Shown here: piece after piece, positions 30,628 through 39,916 of the stretch
Position numbering within the stretch: position 1 is the first letter of the stretch
Layout of the letters: the number at the start of each line of letters is the position of its first letter
Assembly: GCA_963778115.1 (NCBI GenBank)
Contig: CAVZSV010000004.1
Location: 2,080,001 to 2,144,000 of the forward strand
Reading direction: 5' to 3'
From: an uncultured delta proteobacterium
Lineage (GTDB): Bacteria > Bdellovibrionota > FAC87 > UBA2466
DNA: 64,000 nucleotides
Made by a program: the position numbers and the translations under genes
Notes under the pieces: generated by a model
What the model was told of the DNA's origin: nothing
The model's database searches: none
The model's input: the letters and a program-made list of their open reading frames with translations, nothing else

Positions 30628-32130
30628 TTAGTAATGCGGCACTACGATCGTAACCTGAACCTGTGCAGAAATGTAGTTTTTGGGATTTACACTCTGAAGC
30701 TGATAAATGAGTACGGCTTCTCCAGTAAACCCCGGTGCCGCGGTTAAGGTAACCGTGCCATCGGTTCCTATACTACTCGTCGTGACATACGAGGGAGGAG
30801 GGGCCTGCACAAGGACGAACTGGAACGCCGAACCATCTGTGGTGCTGCCAGCCAATTTAACGGTGGCTGACTGATTTTCCTGGAGGATGAATTGAGAGGA
30901 GCTAGGAACCTGGAATTGGGTTCCTGGGACTAGCACCATGAAGGAAACGGTAGCGACTCGAGAGGTGTCTGTTTGAGAAGGGTCTACCGAATCCGGAGCG
31001 GTCAGTTGATAGGTGAAAGAGTCGTTAAGGGTTCCAGAGTTAGGGATGTAGTTTAGCAACAGGGGTGCATTGCCTGGAAATGAGAGGGGCAATTGATTGG
31101 AAAGCGGTGTTTGATTTTGTTGCCCTGCCGAATACTGGATTTGAGTCAACGTACCCGATTTAGGAAGGGATAGAATAACAATTTTTCCGCTCGGCAGTGG
31201 CGGTAGGGTCACCAAGATATTGGACTTGCCTTGAAAGTGGAAATCGCTGGCAAGCGCGGCCAGCATCACAGGCGTGGGATCGGTAGCTGGCGGTTGCCCT
31301 TGGTACATCATCTGCACAGCACCGGAATCTGAAAAAGACTGACCTGGGATGGCGACGGTAAATAAGAAAATGTCCTGCGACGAAGTCACGTTGCTATTAG
31401 GAGTAAAGGTGAAGGTGCCGGTCGCTGCATCGTTAAGGACTACCGTACCCGTAGTCGGTTGCTGGGTAATCGCAAACACATAACCCGAGGAATCGGTGGG
31501 CTGAGGTTGCATTTGGATCTGCCCTACGTAGGGCGTAGTGTACGAAACGCTAATGTCCTGAGGCGCAAGAGCAGGTGAAGTCTGAGATACGCTAAACGCC
31601 ATTCCAAACCCAGTCTGTAGGGTAGTGCCTCCTCCGCTAAAGGTCACACTGATCGACGCGCTTCCGGTGTTCCCGTTATCCGTCACTATCATTTGCAGGG
31701 TGAAACTTAACTGCTGTCCTGGCTGAATAATGGTTCCTATGGCAAGTTGTTGTTCCAGCTGGTCGGCGTTAGTTGCCTGAACGGAAATTTGACTAATCGT
31801 CACGGGGAAAGTCGAATTATTCTGCCAGACGATGTTTAATTGAGTGTCATTACCGGTAACTTGGCTGCTGAGATCTACGGATGAGTCCGCTGTCATTGTC
31901 TGCAGGCTTTGTCCGCTTAGACCTACGGCCATTTGAATCATTCCTGTCACACCACGGCCGTCTCCCTGCGGTCCCAAAGGTAAGCAGCCAGATAGAAGGA
32001 TTATGGCAAGAACTATAGCAGAGAGCTTTTTCAAGGGTTTTACCAAGGCATGGGACGTGTTCCAGAACCGTAGTCCTAGAATGACGATCAAATGTGAAAA
32101 GATTGTGATGGGACGAAAGTTTTTCTTCAT
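30628..32130 (-). CDS. Lipoprotein with Ig-like/cadherin-like (Big_9 type) repeats
   Basis: Lipobox ILLSGC; QPTTGTV..GTFTFTP..D.F.F and YIPN..DSFTYQL repeats; Q/T/S-rich. Confidence 0.7.
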   Translation of the reverse strand: MKKNFRPITIFSHLIVILGLRFWNTSHALVKPLKKLSAIVLAIILLSGCLPLGPQGDGRGVTGMIQMAVGLSGQSLQTMTADSSVDLSSQVTGNDTQLNIVWQNNSTFPVTISQISVQATNADQLEQQLAIGTIIQPGQQLSFTLQMIVTDNGNTGSASISVTFSGGGTTLQTGFGMAFSVSQTSPALAPQDISVSYTTPYVGQIQMQPQPTDSSGYVFAITQQPTTGTVVLNDAATGTFTFTPNSNVTSSQDIFLFTVAIPGQSFSDSGAVQMMYQGQPPATDPTPVMLAALASDFHFQGKSNILVTLPPLPSGKIVILSLPKSGTLTQIQYSAGQQNQTPLSNQLPLSFPGNAPLLLNYIPNSGTLNDSFTYQLTAPDSVDPSQTDTSRVATVSFMVLVPGTQFQVPSSSQFILQENQSATVKLAGSTTDGSAFQFVLVQAPPPSYVTTSSIGTDGTVTLTAAPGFTGEAVLIYQLQSVNPKNYISAQVQVTIVVPHY

Positions 32131-32287
32131 TGATTTCTCTCCTATACCTACATGCTATCGAAGGCCGACTCTCCAAAGGTGTGACAAAAGTGCGCAGAAT
32201 AATTTCTGGAATTCACTCTAAAGAAATAGAGAAGGCGTCCCGAAGAGTCCTCGGCAGGTTTTTCGGATACGACAAACGTGCTGAGAA

Positions 32288-33745
32288 ATGAAAGAACCGA
32301 TAGAAAAAATCAATACTTTCATCGTCGCTGGAAAGCTGTCCGAAGCGCGGAAGCTTTTGGTACGCTCTGGCAAAGCGGGGCTTTATTCCAATGACCGTCT
32401 GGGTTTTGCTAAGTTGGCCCGAAGGCTTGATCTGCCCATGTTGGCTTTGCGGATCCTTCACCCTATCGTCTCTTTAGCTTCACAAAGAAAGAACTGTCCG
32501 CCAGCCACCCTGGTCGAATATGGAGCCTCTCTTTCTTTGGTAGGAGCGTACCGAGAGGCCGAGCGATTTTTCGACGCGGTCGAGATAGAGGATGTGAAAG
32601 AGGTACTTCTGCTGCGCGGCTTTAATTACTTTGCCCAATGGTCATACGCGGAGGCGATTCCGATCTTAGAAAAGTATGCCGCGTTACCCATACTAACCCC
32701 TTATGAAAAGATAATTGCTGATACCAATCTGGCCATTGCTTGGGTTTACGAAAAACGTGCCGAGGCAGGGGATTTTGTCGACTCTTTGATTGAACGGGCG
32801 CGTAGCGGAAACTATCTTCGGATCTGGGGAAACCTCCTTCTCCAAAAAGCCCAATGGGAAATTAGAAATCAAAATTGGTCTAAGGCCTTTCAAACGCTAG
32901 CAGTGGCCAATCGCCAAACCAAAGATATCCATTCTATCGATTATTTGCTCATTCAAAAATGGATCGTCTTTGCCACTCTGTCGGCATATCCAGAGCGTGC
33001 AGACGTGACGCTTCAAGAAATGGAAAAAATCCGCGATCTAGCAGTTCGAGCAGAAGATTGGGAGACGTTGCGAAGCTGTGATTACCAGGAGGCGGTTGTC
33101 AGAAGAAATATGGTACTCGCGGAACGCTTCTATTTTGGGACACCCCACAGGACACTTAGGGAGAGATTTCTTAAGGATCTAGGACTGCCTCTTCTTATAA
33201 AGAAAGAAACTCTATTTCATCCCCCCACACTATATTCTGAAAACAACATCGTTTGCTCGGTTCTCGTGGACGGAATAGAAAACTCAGCACTAGCCTTTGG
33301 TCATCTATCCCACCGCGCTCTATTAGCCCTTTCCTCTGATTTTTATCGTCCTAGAAAAATCGCTGAGTTACACAGCGAACTTTTTCCTGACGCAGTTTTT
33401 AATCCTCTCTCTTCCCCTCAACGGATCCGAAAAATCTTAGAGCGCATGCGACGTGAGCTTAAAGAAAAAGGCGTTCCTCTACAGATTCGATCTCGTCATA
33501 CCATGCTCTCTCTCGGTGTCCCTAACAATATGGCGTTGCGAGTTCCCTTAAATAGAAGTATCCACTCTCCGCTCGATAGAATGTCAGAGGGTAGCTCAGA
33601 GTTTACGATCAGAGAAGCGGTTCAGATTCTTAAGCTGCCCTACCACCATGTGGCAAGGTTGGTTCATAAAGCTTCCCAGGAGAAACAGATCGAAAAATTA
33701 GGGTTCTCAAAAAGTACCCACTATCGGTTTCTAGCAAAAAATTGA
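32288..33745 (+). CDS. TPR-like protein with probable C-terminal winged-HTH domain(s)
   Basis: Helical repeats, then IAELHSELFP..RIRKILERMR and a terminal HTH-like FTIREAVQIL..VARLV..GFSKSTHY. Confidence 0.6.
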   Translation: MKEPIEKINTFIVAGKLSEARKLLVRSGKAGLYSNDRLGFAKLARRLDLPMLALRILHPIVSLASQRKNCPPATLVEYGASLSLVGAYREAERFFDAVEIEDVKEVLLLRGFNYFAQWSYAEAIPILEKYAALPILTPYEKIIADTNLAIAWVYEKRAEAGDFVDSLIERARSGNYLRIWGNLLLQKAQWEIRNQNWSKAFQTLAVANRQTKDIHSIDYLLIQKWIVFATLSAYPERADVTLQEMEKIRDLAVRAEDWETLRSCDYQEAVVRRNMVLAERFYFGTPHRTLRERFLKDLGLPLLIKKETLFHPPTLYSENNIVCSVLVDGIENSALAFGHLSHRALLALSSDFYRPRKIAELHSELFPDAVFNPLSSPQRIRKILERMRRELKEKGVPLQIRSRHTMLSLGVPNNMALRVPLNRSIHSPLDRMSEGSSEFTIREAVQILKLPYHHVARLVHKASQEKQIEKLGFSKSTHYRFLAKN

Positions 33746-33762
33746 TGACCGTCTATTCCTAT

Positions 33763-35091
33763 TTACAAATCGCATAGATCTTTTGGGAAAGGCACTTGGC
33801 CTTTGAAGATCATCGTCAAATCGATATTGCCTAGAGTGCGGTTAAAGATCTTCTCTTTATAGGCCTCCACTAAATTCGCCGCCAGAAATTCTGAGTAGAA
33901 ATTTTGACCTGCAAAACCCAACCCCTCTGGTCCCGGGATTAAAAGCAATCCTTCCACACCGTGTAGGTGGTACTTCTCCACGATATGGCGTACATGACCC
34001 ACTCCCGAATTATACGACGTTACGGTCGTTCCCCAATCGGGTAGCACACTGCGATACATTTGAAAGAGTCGAGCCGCACTAGAAGTCTGTCTCAACGGAT
34101 CAACCCAGCGACTATTCTCATCAGAATGAGACATCTGCTTTGCCGTTTCTGGCATAAACTGCCAAATGCCCACCGCTCCTACACTGGAAAGGGCTTTTTC
34201 ATTAAAAGAGGATTCCACAAAGGGGATCCGAGCTAGGGCTACGGGCAGATTACTTCTTCTAAAGACGCTTTCAATATGAGGTAAGAGATTTCCCGAACGG
34301 TAGAGAGCCTGCAAGAACATATCTCTTTGCCCCGTCTGGCTACGAATGGAATCTATAAGTTTCGCCGTTTCCGGAACGCTTAATGCTCCTGCTGAAGAAA
34401 GAAAGGTTCGAATCTCCTCTTTCTCCTTTGAGGAGACCTTGCCCGTATGGGTAATTCCGATAGCCTCGGCTAGCCGACTTTTGACTTCTTTTTCTACTTT
34501 TCGCTCGATCTCAGCGGCTTTGGCCTCCGCGGTAGGCCCATTTCCCAGAACTCGGTACATGGGTCTTAGATCGATAATTCCATAGCGAATGGAAGGGTCA
34601 TTGCGATCATGCACGATCTTAAAGCGAGAACTATATTTTGCATAAATATCCATCCAGAAAAGGACTCGTCTCTTCAGACCAGGAGGAACTTCAAAGTCGG
34701 GCTCTATTTTGTTCTGGGGATCGGTCACAAAATCAGAAACGTCGCCCGTGGGGGTAGGAAGAGAGAAGTCGTTGTTGCTAGCGGTCGAAAACAGGCTCCA
34801 GCGATCTTCTACTTTCCAAGCGGGATGAAAGTAATCCCAAGGTGCTTTCTTAAAGACGGCCAGAGCCGCGGAGGGCATATCAGCCGAAGTATTCAAAGTA
34901 GTGGTCATCGATTCGCTTTCGCGATTTGCCGCGAGATCTAAGGCCGCAATAGTGACTACCGAAAAAATAACGAAGAGAAAGAGATGGGAACGGGAAAGCT
35001 TTTTCTGCAGCGTCTTTTGAAGGCTTGAACGTTTTTTCGAGAGCAATTTCTTCTCCAACCCGCTTGCGGTACTGCCAAAAAGCGGCACCAT
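33763..35091 (-). CDS. Lytic murein transglycosylase (SLT domain, MltD-like, no LysM)
   Basis: IPFVESSFN, GAVGIWQFMPETA, SYNSG; N-terminal TM. Confidence 0.9.
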   Translation of the reverse strand: MVPLFGSTASGLEKKLLSKKRSSLQKTLQKKLSRSHLFLFVIFSVVTIAALDLAANRESESMTTTLNTSADMPSAALAVFKKAPWDYFHPAWKVEDRWSLFSTASNNDFSLPTPTGDVSDFVTDPQNKIEPDFEVPPGLKRRVLFWMDIYAKYSSRFKIVHDRNDPSIRYGIIDLRPMYRVLGNGPTAEAKAAEIERKVEKEVKSRLAEAIGITHTGKVSSKEKEEIRTFLSSAGALSVPETAKLIDSIRSQTGQRDMFLQALYRSGNLLPHIESVFRRSNLPVALARIPFVESSFNEKALSSVGAVGIWQFMPETAKQMSHSDENSRWVDPLRQTSSAARLFQMYRSVLPDWGTTVTSYNSGVGHVRHIVEKYHLHGVEGLLLIPGPEGLGFAGQNFYSEFLAANLVEAYKEKIFNRTLGNIDLTMIFKGQVPFPKDLCDL

Positions 35092-35116
35092 CGTTGACTA
35101 GCTAGACACTGTCGCG

Positions 35117-35243
35117 GCCCCTCTGGGCGGCCGAGCATTGTCAGGGTTATGGGAAGAGCAATGGTTGTGCCAGAGTGTATGCGGGGAGTATGGGGGTAAT
35201 TAGCGCAATAGCAACCTAGAAACAAAGCAGCGCCCCTCTGGGC
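35117..35243. repeat. 12-bp direct repeat GCCCCTCTGGGC (35117-35128 and 35232-35243)
   Basis: Exact duplicate flanking the sigma54 promoter in the intergenic region. Confidence 0.7.
35157..35172 (-). promoter_or_regulatory. Sigma54 -24/-12 promoter of the lytic transglycosylase gene
   Basis: Minus strand reads TGGCAC-AACCA-TTGCT, a perfect consensus. Confidence 0.85.
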
Positions 35244-35247
35244 TCAA

Positions 35248-36504
35248 TCACGCTTGCGTCACCGGCTCCAAGTCATACTTTCTTAATTCCGCCATTGCGC
35301 GCTTATAGCCAATAGTAACCACGTTTTGAAGTGTCCTTGCATTGAGCGTGAAGTGATCGCCAAAGAACATCTCGCGATCTTTCGATTCGGGGTGGATATA
35401 GATGTAGTTTAGACTTTCTTTAAAATCCAATCGTTCTTGAAGACGATGGCAAAGCTCTTGGACATCCTCTTCGGGATATTTCTTTTCGGCAAAGAATTCT
35501 CTTACGGTCGTGAGTGCCGCAATCTTATTCTCATGCGCCTTTTTCGTCCCATAAATTTTCTGTTCGATTGCCTGGTAAACGGCTTGAACCACAATGGCTG
35601 GCATCCCGTATAAATAAAGAGAACCGATATCATCTTTAAAATGATAAGGCTGATGGGTATAGGAGCAGATAATCAGATCACAGCCATTTTCTTTAGCTAC
35701 GTGAGTGGATAACGTTTCTCGAATCTCTCCATCAATGTAATACCGTCCCTTCCCGCCTTCGTGAGTTACCAGATAAGGAGCAAAAACCGGCGGTAACGAC
35801 ATCGAAGCTCCCACCGCGTCTGAAATAAGCGCATTGGAAGCGTACTGGGAGTACTGGTCGAAAGTCTTTTCCGTTCCGAACCTGCCGAAGATAATTTTGC
35901 GGGAATGATCGAGCTGGGTTCCCACAATAAAAAGATCGGGCTGAAGTTCGTGAAAACGATTTGTGGGGAGAATATATTTCTCTACATACTCGGCAAGCCC
36001 TCGAGTCGAAAAAATTCCGGGGAGCCTCAAATTTCGTAGCACCATCGACTCCATGGTGCGGCTAAATACGGAACTTTTTTGAAAACTCTTGAGAATAGAA
36101 GTCGGCTTGGGCCAACTAATGGTCAGAATATCCCGATAATGAATCCGCGGAATCTCCCGATGATTGCCGGGAATCTTGAAGTTCGTATCTTTTGAAAAGG
36201 AGTTAATGAGACTTTCAATACCGACTCCCGCGGCCAGCATGGTGGCAATGAGAGCTCCCGCACTCGATCCTACATAAGTGGCAATTTGATGGGGATGATA
36301 TCGAGTGGGAGGATAAGGAAGCGCATTAATATCCACCGGGGTCTCGGTTCTTCCCCCCACAAAAGAGAAGCCCTTGTCGCGAAGAGCGAGGCAAACGCCG
36401 ATGTGAAAGGCGGCTGCTTTGGTCGCTCCGCCGCTGCATACTAAGCCCGCTTTGGAGAACTGGAGCTTCGTCCGAAACTTATTTTTCATCATGGTTGCCC
36501 CCAA
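35248..36504 (-). CDS. Patatin-like phospholipase
   Basis: SGGATKA oxyanion region, GSSAG nucleophile, ASMSLP, IDG. Confidence 0.88.
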   Translation of the reverse strand: MGATMMKNKFRTKLQFSKAGLVCSGGATKAAAFHIGVCLALRDKGFSFVGGRTETPVDINALPYPPTRYHPHQIATYVGSSAGALIATMLAAGVGIESLINSFSKDTNFKIPGNHREIPRIHYRDILTISWPKPTSILKSFQKSSVFSRTMESMVLRNLRLPGIFSTRGLAEYVEKYILPTNRFHELQPDLFIVGTQLDHSRKIIFGRFGTEKTFDQYSQYASNALISDAVGASMSLPPVFAPYLVTHEGGKGRYYIDGEIRETLSTHVAKENGCDLIICSYTHQPYHFKDDIGSLYLYGMPAIVVQAVYQAIEQKIYGTKKAHENKIAALTTVREFFAEKKYPEEDVQELCHRLQERLDFKESLNYIYIHPESKDREMFFGDHFTLNARTLQNVVTIGYKRAMAELRKYDLEPVTQA

Positions 36505-37452
36505 TTATTTTGAAGACCCAAGGATGATGACTTCGCACTCCAATGTTACAGCAAACTGCTCGTAAACTTTCTTTTTCACCATGTCGATTAGCGTCAATAT
36601 GTCACTTGCCTTCGCGTTGTTCTCATTGAGAATAAAATTGGCATGTTTTTCCGAGATGACCGCGCCTCCGACTCGCAGCCCTTTTAGTCCCGCTCTTTCG
36701 ATTAGTCTACCCGCCGAATAGCCCTCTGGGTTCTTAAAGGTAGACCCGCAGCTAGGAAGATCCAACGGCTGTTTGGAGCTCCTTTCGGCGATGATGCGAT
36801 CGACTTCATTCCGAAGCGCTGCTTTGTCGCCATTCTTTAACTCAAAGAGCGTCCACAATACGAGGGAACCATTTACCAGCCGCTGCTCTCGATACCCAAA
36901 TTGACTGGGTTCTGTTTTCAGCTGCCTGGCTCCCGTGGCGAAATCGTAAAGCCTGACCTCTCTTAGTATATCTCCGTAACAGCCATATTTGGTACCGGCA
37001 TTCATAAAGATTCCGCCGCCCACCGTTCCGGGAACTCCCGCGCTAAACTCGAGGCCTTGGTATCCTCGAGCGATAGCCCATTCCAGGAGTTCGGGCTTTC
37101 CCACTCCCCCGCCGGTCCTAACCAGATGAGTCGCTACATCGGTGGTAGAAATATATTCGATGTTTTTAAAAGCATTGAGTAAGGAGACGGTGATCCCTCG
37201 AATTCCCTCGTCGCGAACGAGCAAGTTTGTCCCGTTCCCAATAATTGTAATGGGAAGGGCTTCCTCTTTGGAGAGTGTTGAGATCTGAACGAGATCCTTT
37301 TCGTCCTGGGGAAAGACTAAAATGTCGGCGGGTCCGCCTACCCGGTAAGCGACATAAGGGGCTAGCGGTTCATTAAAGCGAACTTTCTCCCCAAAGCGCT
37401 CGGCAATTCGATCTCTCAAGCGGGGATGATTAAAAGAGCTGTTTGTAGACAT
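36505..37452 (-). CDS. murB: UDP-N-acetylenolpyruvoylglucosamine reductase
   Basis: VGGPAD, GNGTNLL, GVPGTVGG..MNAG, QP..PSCGSTFKNP, KHANF. Confidence 0.97.
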   Translation of the reverse strand: MSTNSSFNHPRLRDRIAERFGEKVRFNEPLAPYVAYRVGGPADILVFPQDEKDLVQISTLSKEEALPITIIGNGTNLLVRDEGIRGITVSLLNAFKNIEYISTTDVATHLVRTGGGVGKPELLEWAIARGYQGLEFSAGVPGTVGGGIFMNAGTKYGCYGDILREVRLYDFATGARQLKTEPSQFGYREQRLVNGSLVLWTLFELKNGDKAALRNEVDRIIAERSSKQPLDLPSCGSTFKNPEGYSAGRLIERAGLKGLRVGGAVISEKHANFILNENNAKASDILTLIDMVKKKVYEQFAVTLECEVIILGSSK

Positions 37453-38788
37453 TCGGCAAGTCTCCCGCCCCCAAGGTCAGGATGATATCCCCTTCTTTGC
37501 TTTCCGCTAGCCAAGTCTCTACTCCGACTAGGGCGGAGCTTACATGGCGAGTTTCTCCGTTTCCCGTGGCAGCGATAAGATCGTGAAGCGTCCGTCCATC
37601 GATACCGGGAATGGGATTTTCACCGGCCGCGTAAACGTCGGTGACGGCGACGGCATTGGAATCCTTAAAGCAGGTGGCAAAACGATCAAAAAGATCTTCG
37701 ACTCGGGAGTATCTATGCGGTTGAAAGACGACCCTTATTTTCGAATTAGGAAATTGCTCTCTCGCCGCCCTGATGGTCGCGCGAATTTCGGTCGGATGAT
37801 GGGCATAATCATCGATAAAAAGAACACCGTTAATCGAACCACGCTTCTGAAAGCGCCGTTGAACCCCTTGAAAGGCTTGAAGGGTATCGACAGCAACCTG
37901 TCGTGAAATGGACAACTCGTCGGCCACGGCAATTGCCGCGACTGCGTTTAAGGCATTGTGTTTACCTGGTACCTGAAGCGTTACTCGCTGTTTTTCGCCG
38001 TTACTTTCAAGAACAAAGTGGCTACCCAATCCGTTCACTGCATACTCGGAAAGCCGGTAATCGTTCTCAGGCAAAAATCCGTAACTCTTTTTTCTACGTT
38101 CCAATCGAGGCGCGAGCACCCTAAGGTAAGGATCATCGCCGCACAGAACAGTAATCCCATAAAATGGCACTTTATTCATGAAGGAGAGGAAAGCGGATTT
38201 CAATTTGGCCATGGTCTTGTAGTGGTCCATGTGCTCACGATCCATGTTGGTGACCACCGCTATTGAGGGTGACAGACGATTAAAGCTTCCATCGCTTTCA
38301 TCTGCCTCCACTACCATGAAATCGCCGCTTCCCAACCGCGCGTTGGCTCCGCCGAAATGATCTACTCTGCCGCCCACTACGATGGTGGGATCCAATCCGC
38401 CTTCGGTAAGCAACATTGAAATCATGGAAGTGGTGGTGGTCTTGCCATGGGCGCCCGCAACGGCAATGCCGTATTTAAGCCGCATTAATTCAGCCAGCAT
38501 CTCGGCCCGCGTAATGACCGGAATCTTTCGTTCAACGGCAGCGACCATTTCCGGATTGTCACGTCGAACGGCGGACGAATAGACAACGAGTTCAGCCCCC
38601 TTAAGATTTTCGGCGGCATGACCCACATGGACTTCTACGCCTAAGCGCTCCAATCGTCGGGCCGTCTCCCCCTTTTGCAGGTCGGAGCCGGAGACCACAT
38701 AGTGATGCCGGTGCAAGAGCTCGGCGATTCCACTCATTCCGATCCCGCCGATTCCGATGAAGTGGATCTTATTGAACTTATTATACAT
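37430..38788 (-). CDS. murC: UDP-N-acetylmuramate--L-alanine ligase
   Basis: HFIGIGGIGMSG, GAHGKTTTT, EADESD, DDYAHHPTE, FQPHRYSR. Confidence 0.98.
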   Translation of the reverse strand: MYNKFNKIHFIGIGGIGMSGIAELLHRHHYVVSGSDLQKGETARRLERLGVEVHVGHAAENLKGAELVVYSSAVRRDNPEMVAAVERKIPVITRAEMLAELMRLKYGIAVAGAHGKTTTTSMISMLLTEGGLDPTIVVGGRVDHFGGANARLGSGDFMVVEADESDGSFNRLSPSIAVVTNMDREHMDHYKTMAKLKSAFLSFMNKVPFYGITVLCGDDPYLRVLAPRLERRKKSYGFLPENDYRLSEYAVNGLGSHFVLESNGEKQRVTLQVPGKHNALNAVAAIAVADELSISRQVAVDTLQAFQGVQRRFQKRGSINGVLFIDDYAHHPTEIRATIRAAREQFPNSKIRVVFQPHRYSRVEDLFDRFATCFKDSNAVAVTDVYAAGENPIPGIDGRTLHDLIAATGNGETRHVSSALVGVETWLAESKEGDIILTLGAGDLPNVYKQLF

Positions 38789-38833
38789 TTAGGTACTTTT
38801 GCTAACTCGTTTTGGTCATCGCCTGGCCTCCCT

Positions 38834-39916
38834 CTATTGGGAGAGCTCTTTCTCGATGTGGAGGCCGATGCTAGCAAGCGCATTACCACCGCGCAATGTA
38901 GAAAAGTGTGAGGCCATTTCCGAAAGGGTCGTTGGCGTAAAGACTTCAAGGAAAGTCTCTCGGAAGCGTTGTTCAAAATCCCTGCCTTGTTCCACCACTC
39001 TGCCCACCCCATGCTTTTGAAGGAGATAAGCGTTCGCTGTCTGATCGTTTTGCCCTTTGCGCGGAAACGGAACCAGAAGTGCCGGGCGACCGACCTGAAT
39101 GAGTTCGGAAACGGTCAACGCCCCTGAACGAGAAACAACAAGCGACGCCGAAGCATAAGCCGAAGCCATATCGGTGATGAAGGGGAGCACTTCATAGCGG
39201 CCAGAGAAAAATTTCGCGTAGCTTTCTTTCACCCGAGCCAAATCTTTTTCTCCGGTCTGATGAAGAATAGAGAGCGCCGGATATTTCACGGAAAGCTCGG
39301 GCAATAGCTGAATAAAAGCGTCATTGATCGCTTTGGCTCCCTGACTTCCACCAAATACCAGAATTCCGGTACATGCAGCCGGAACTGTTTCGAATTTAGG
39401 GTCAAAGAAGTCTTTTCGAATGGGATTGCCAGTTACTAAAGTACGCCCTCGGGGAAAGAATTGCTCCCCCTCCTCAAATCCCAGAAACACTTTGCGTGCC
39501 AACCTTCCTAGCACGCGATTGGCGATTCCCACGGAAACATTCTGTTCTTGTAAGTAAAGAGGAGTCCGTGTCAAAAATGCGGCAAATCCCACCGGTACGG
39601 AAACGTAGCCACCTACACCGATCACGGCCGCCGCTTTTTCTTGATGAATGATTCGAATTGCTTTGAAAACTCCGAAGAACAGCTTCCAAATCGTTTTCAG
39701 AATGGTAAGGGGAGATTGGTTCTTAACGGCGCCGGAATCGATCGTCAAAAAACGGATGCCGAGCGGGGGAACAATCTTATTCTCAAAGCCCCGAGGACTT
39801 CCCACATAGACTATGGAAAATCCTCTTTGCTCTAACTCCCGCGCGATGGCTATCGCCGGGAAAACATGGCCGCCAGTTCCACCGCCGGTGATTAGTATGT
39901 TTTTGCGCGTGGAAAC
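38834..39916 (-). CDS. murG: MurG glycosyltransferase (start codon uncertain; see findings)
   Basis: GGGTGGHVFPA, GGYVS, EQN, GNPIR, GGSQGA, RSGA.TVSE, Q.ANA. Confidence 0.95.
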   Translation of the reverse strand, partial: VSTRKNILITGGGTGGHVFPAIAIARELEQRGFSIVYVGSPRGFENKIVPPLGIRFLTIDSGAVKNQSPLTILKTIWKLFFGVFKAIRIIHQEKAAAVIGVGGYVSVPVGFAAFLTRTPLYLQEQNVSVGIANRVLGRLARKVFLGFEEGEQFFPRGRTLVTGNPIRKDFFDPKFETVPAACTGILVFGGSQGAKAINDAFIQLLPELSVKYPALSILHQTGEKDLARVKESYAKFFSGRYEVLPFITDMASAYASASLVVSRSGALTVSELIQVGRPALLVPFPRKGQNDQTANAYLLQKHGVGRVVEQGRDFEQRFRETFLEVFTPTTLSEMASHFSTLRGGNALASIGLHIEKELSQ

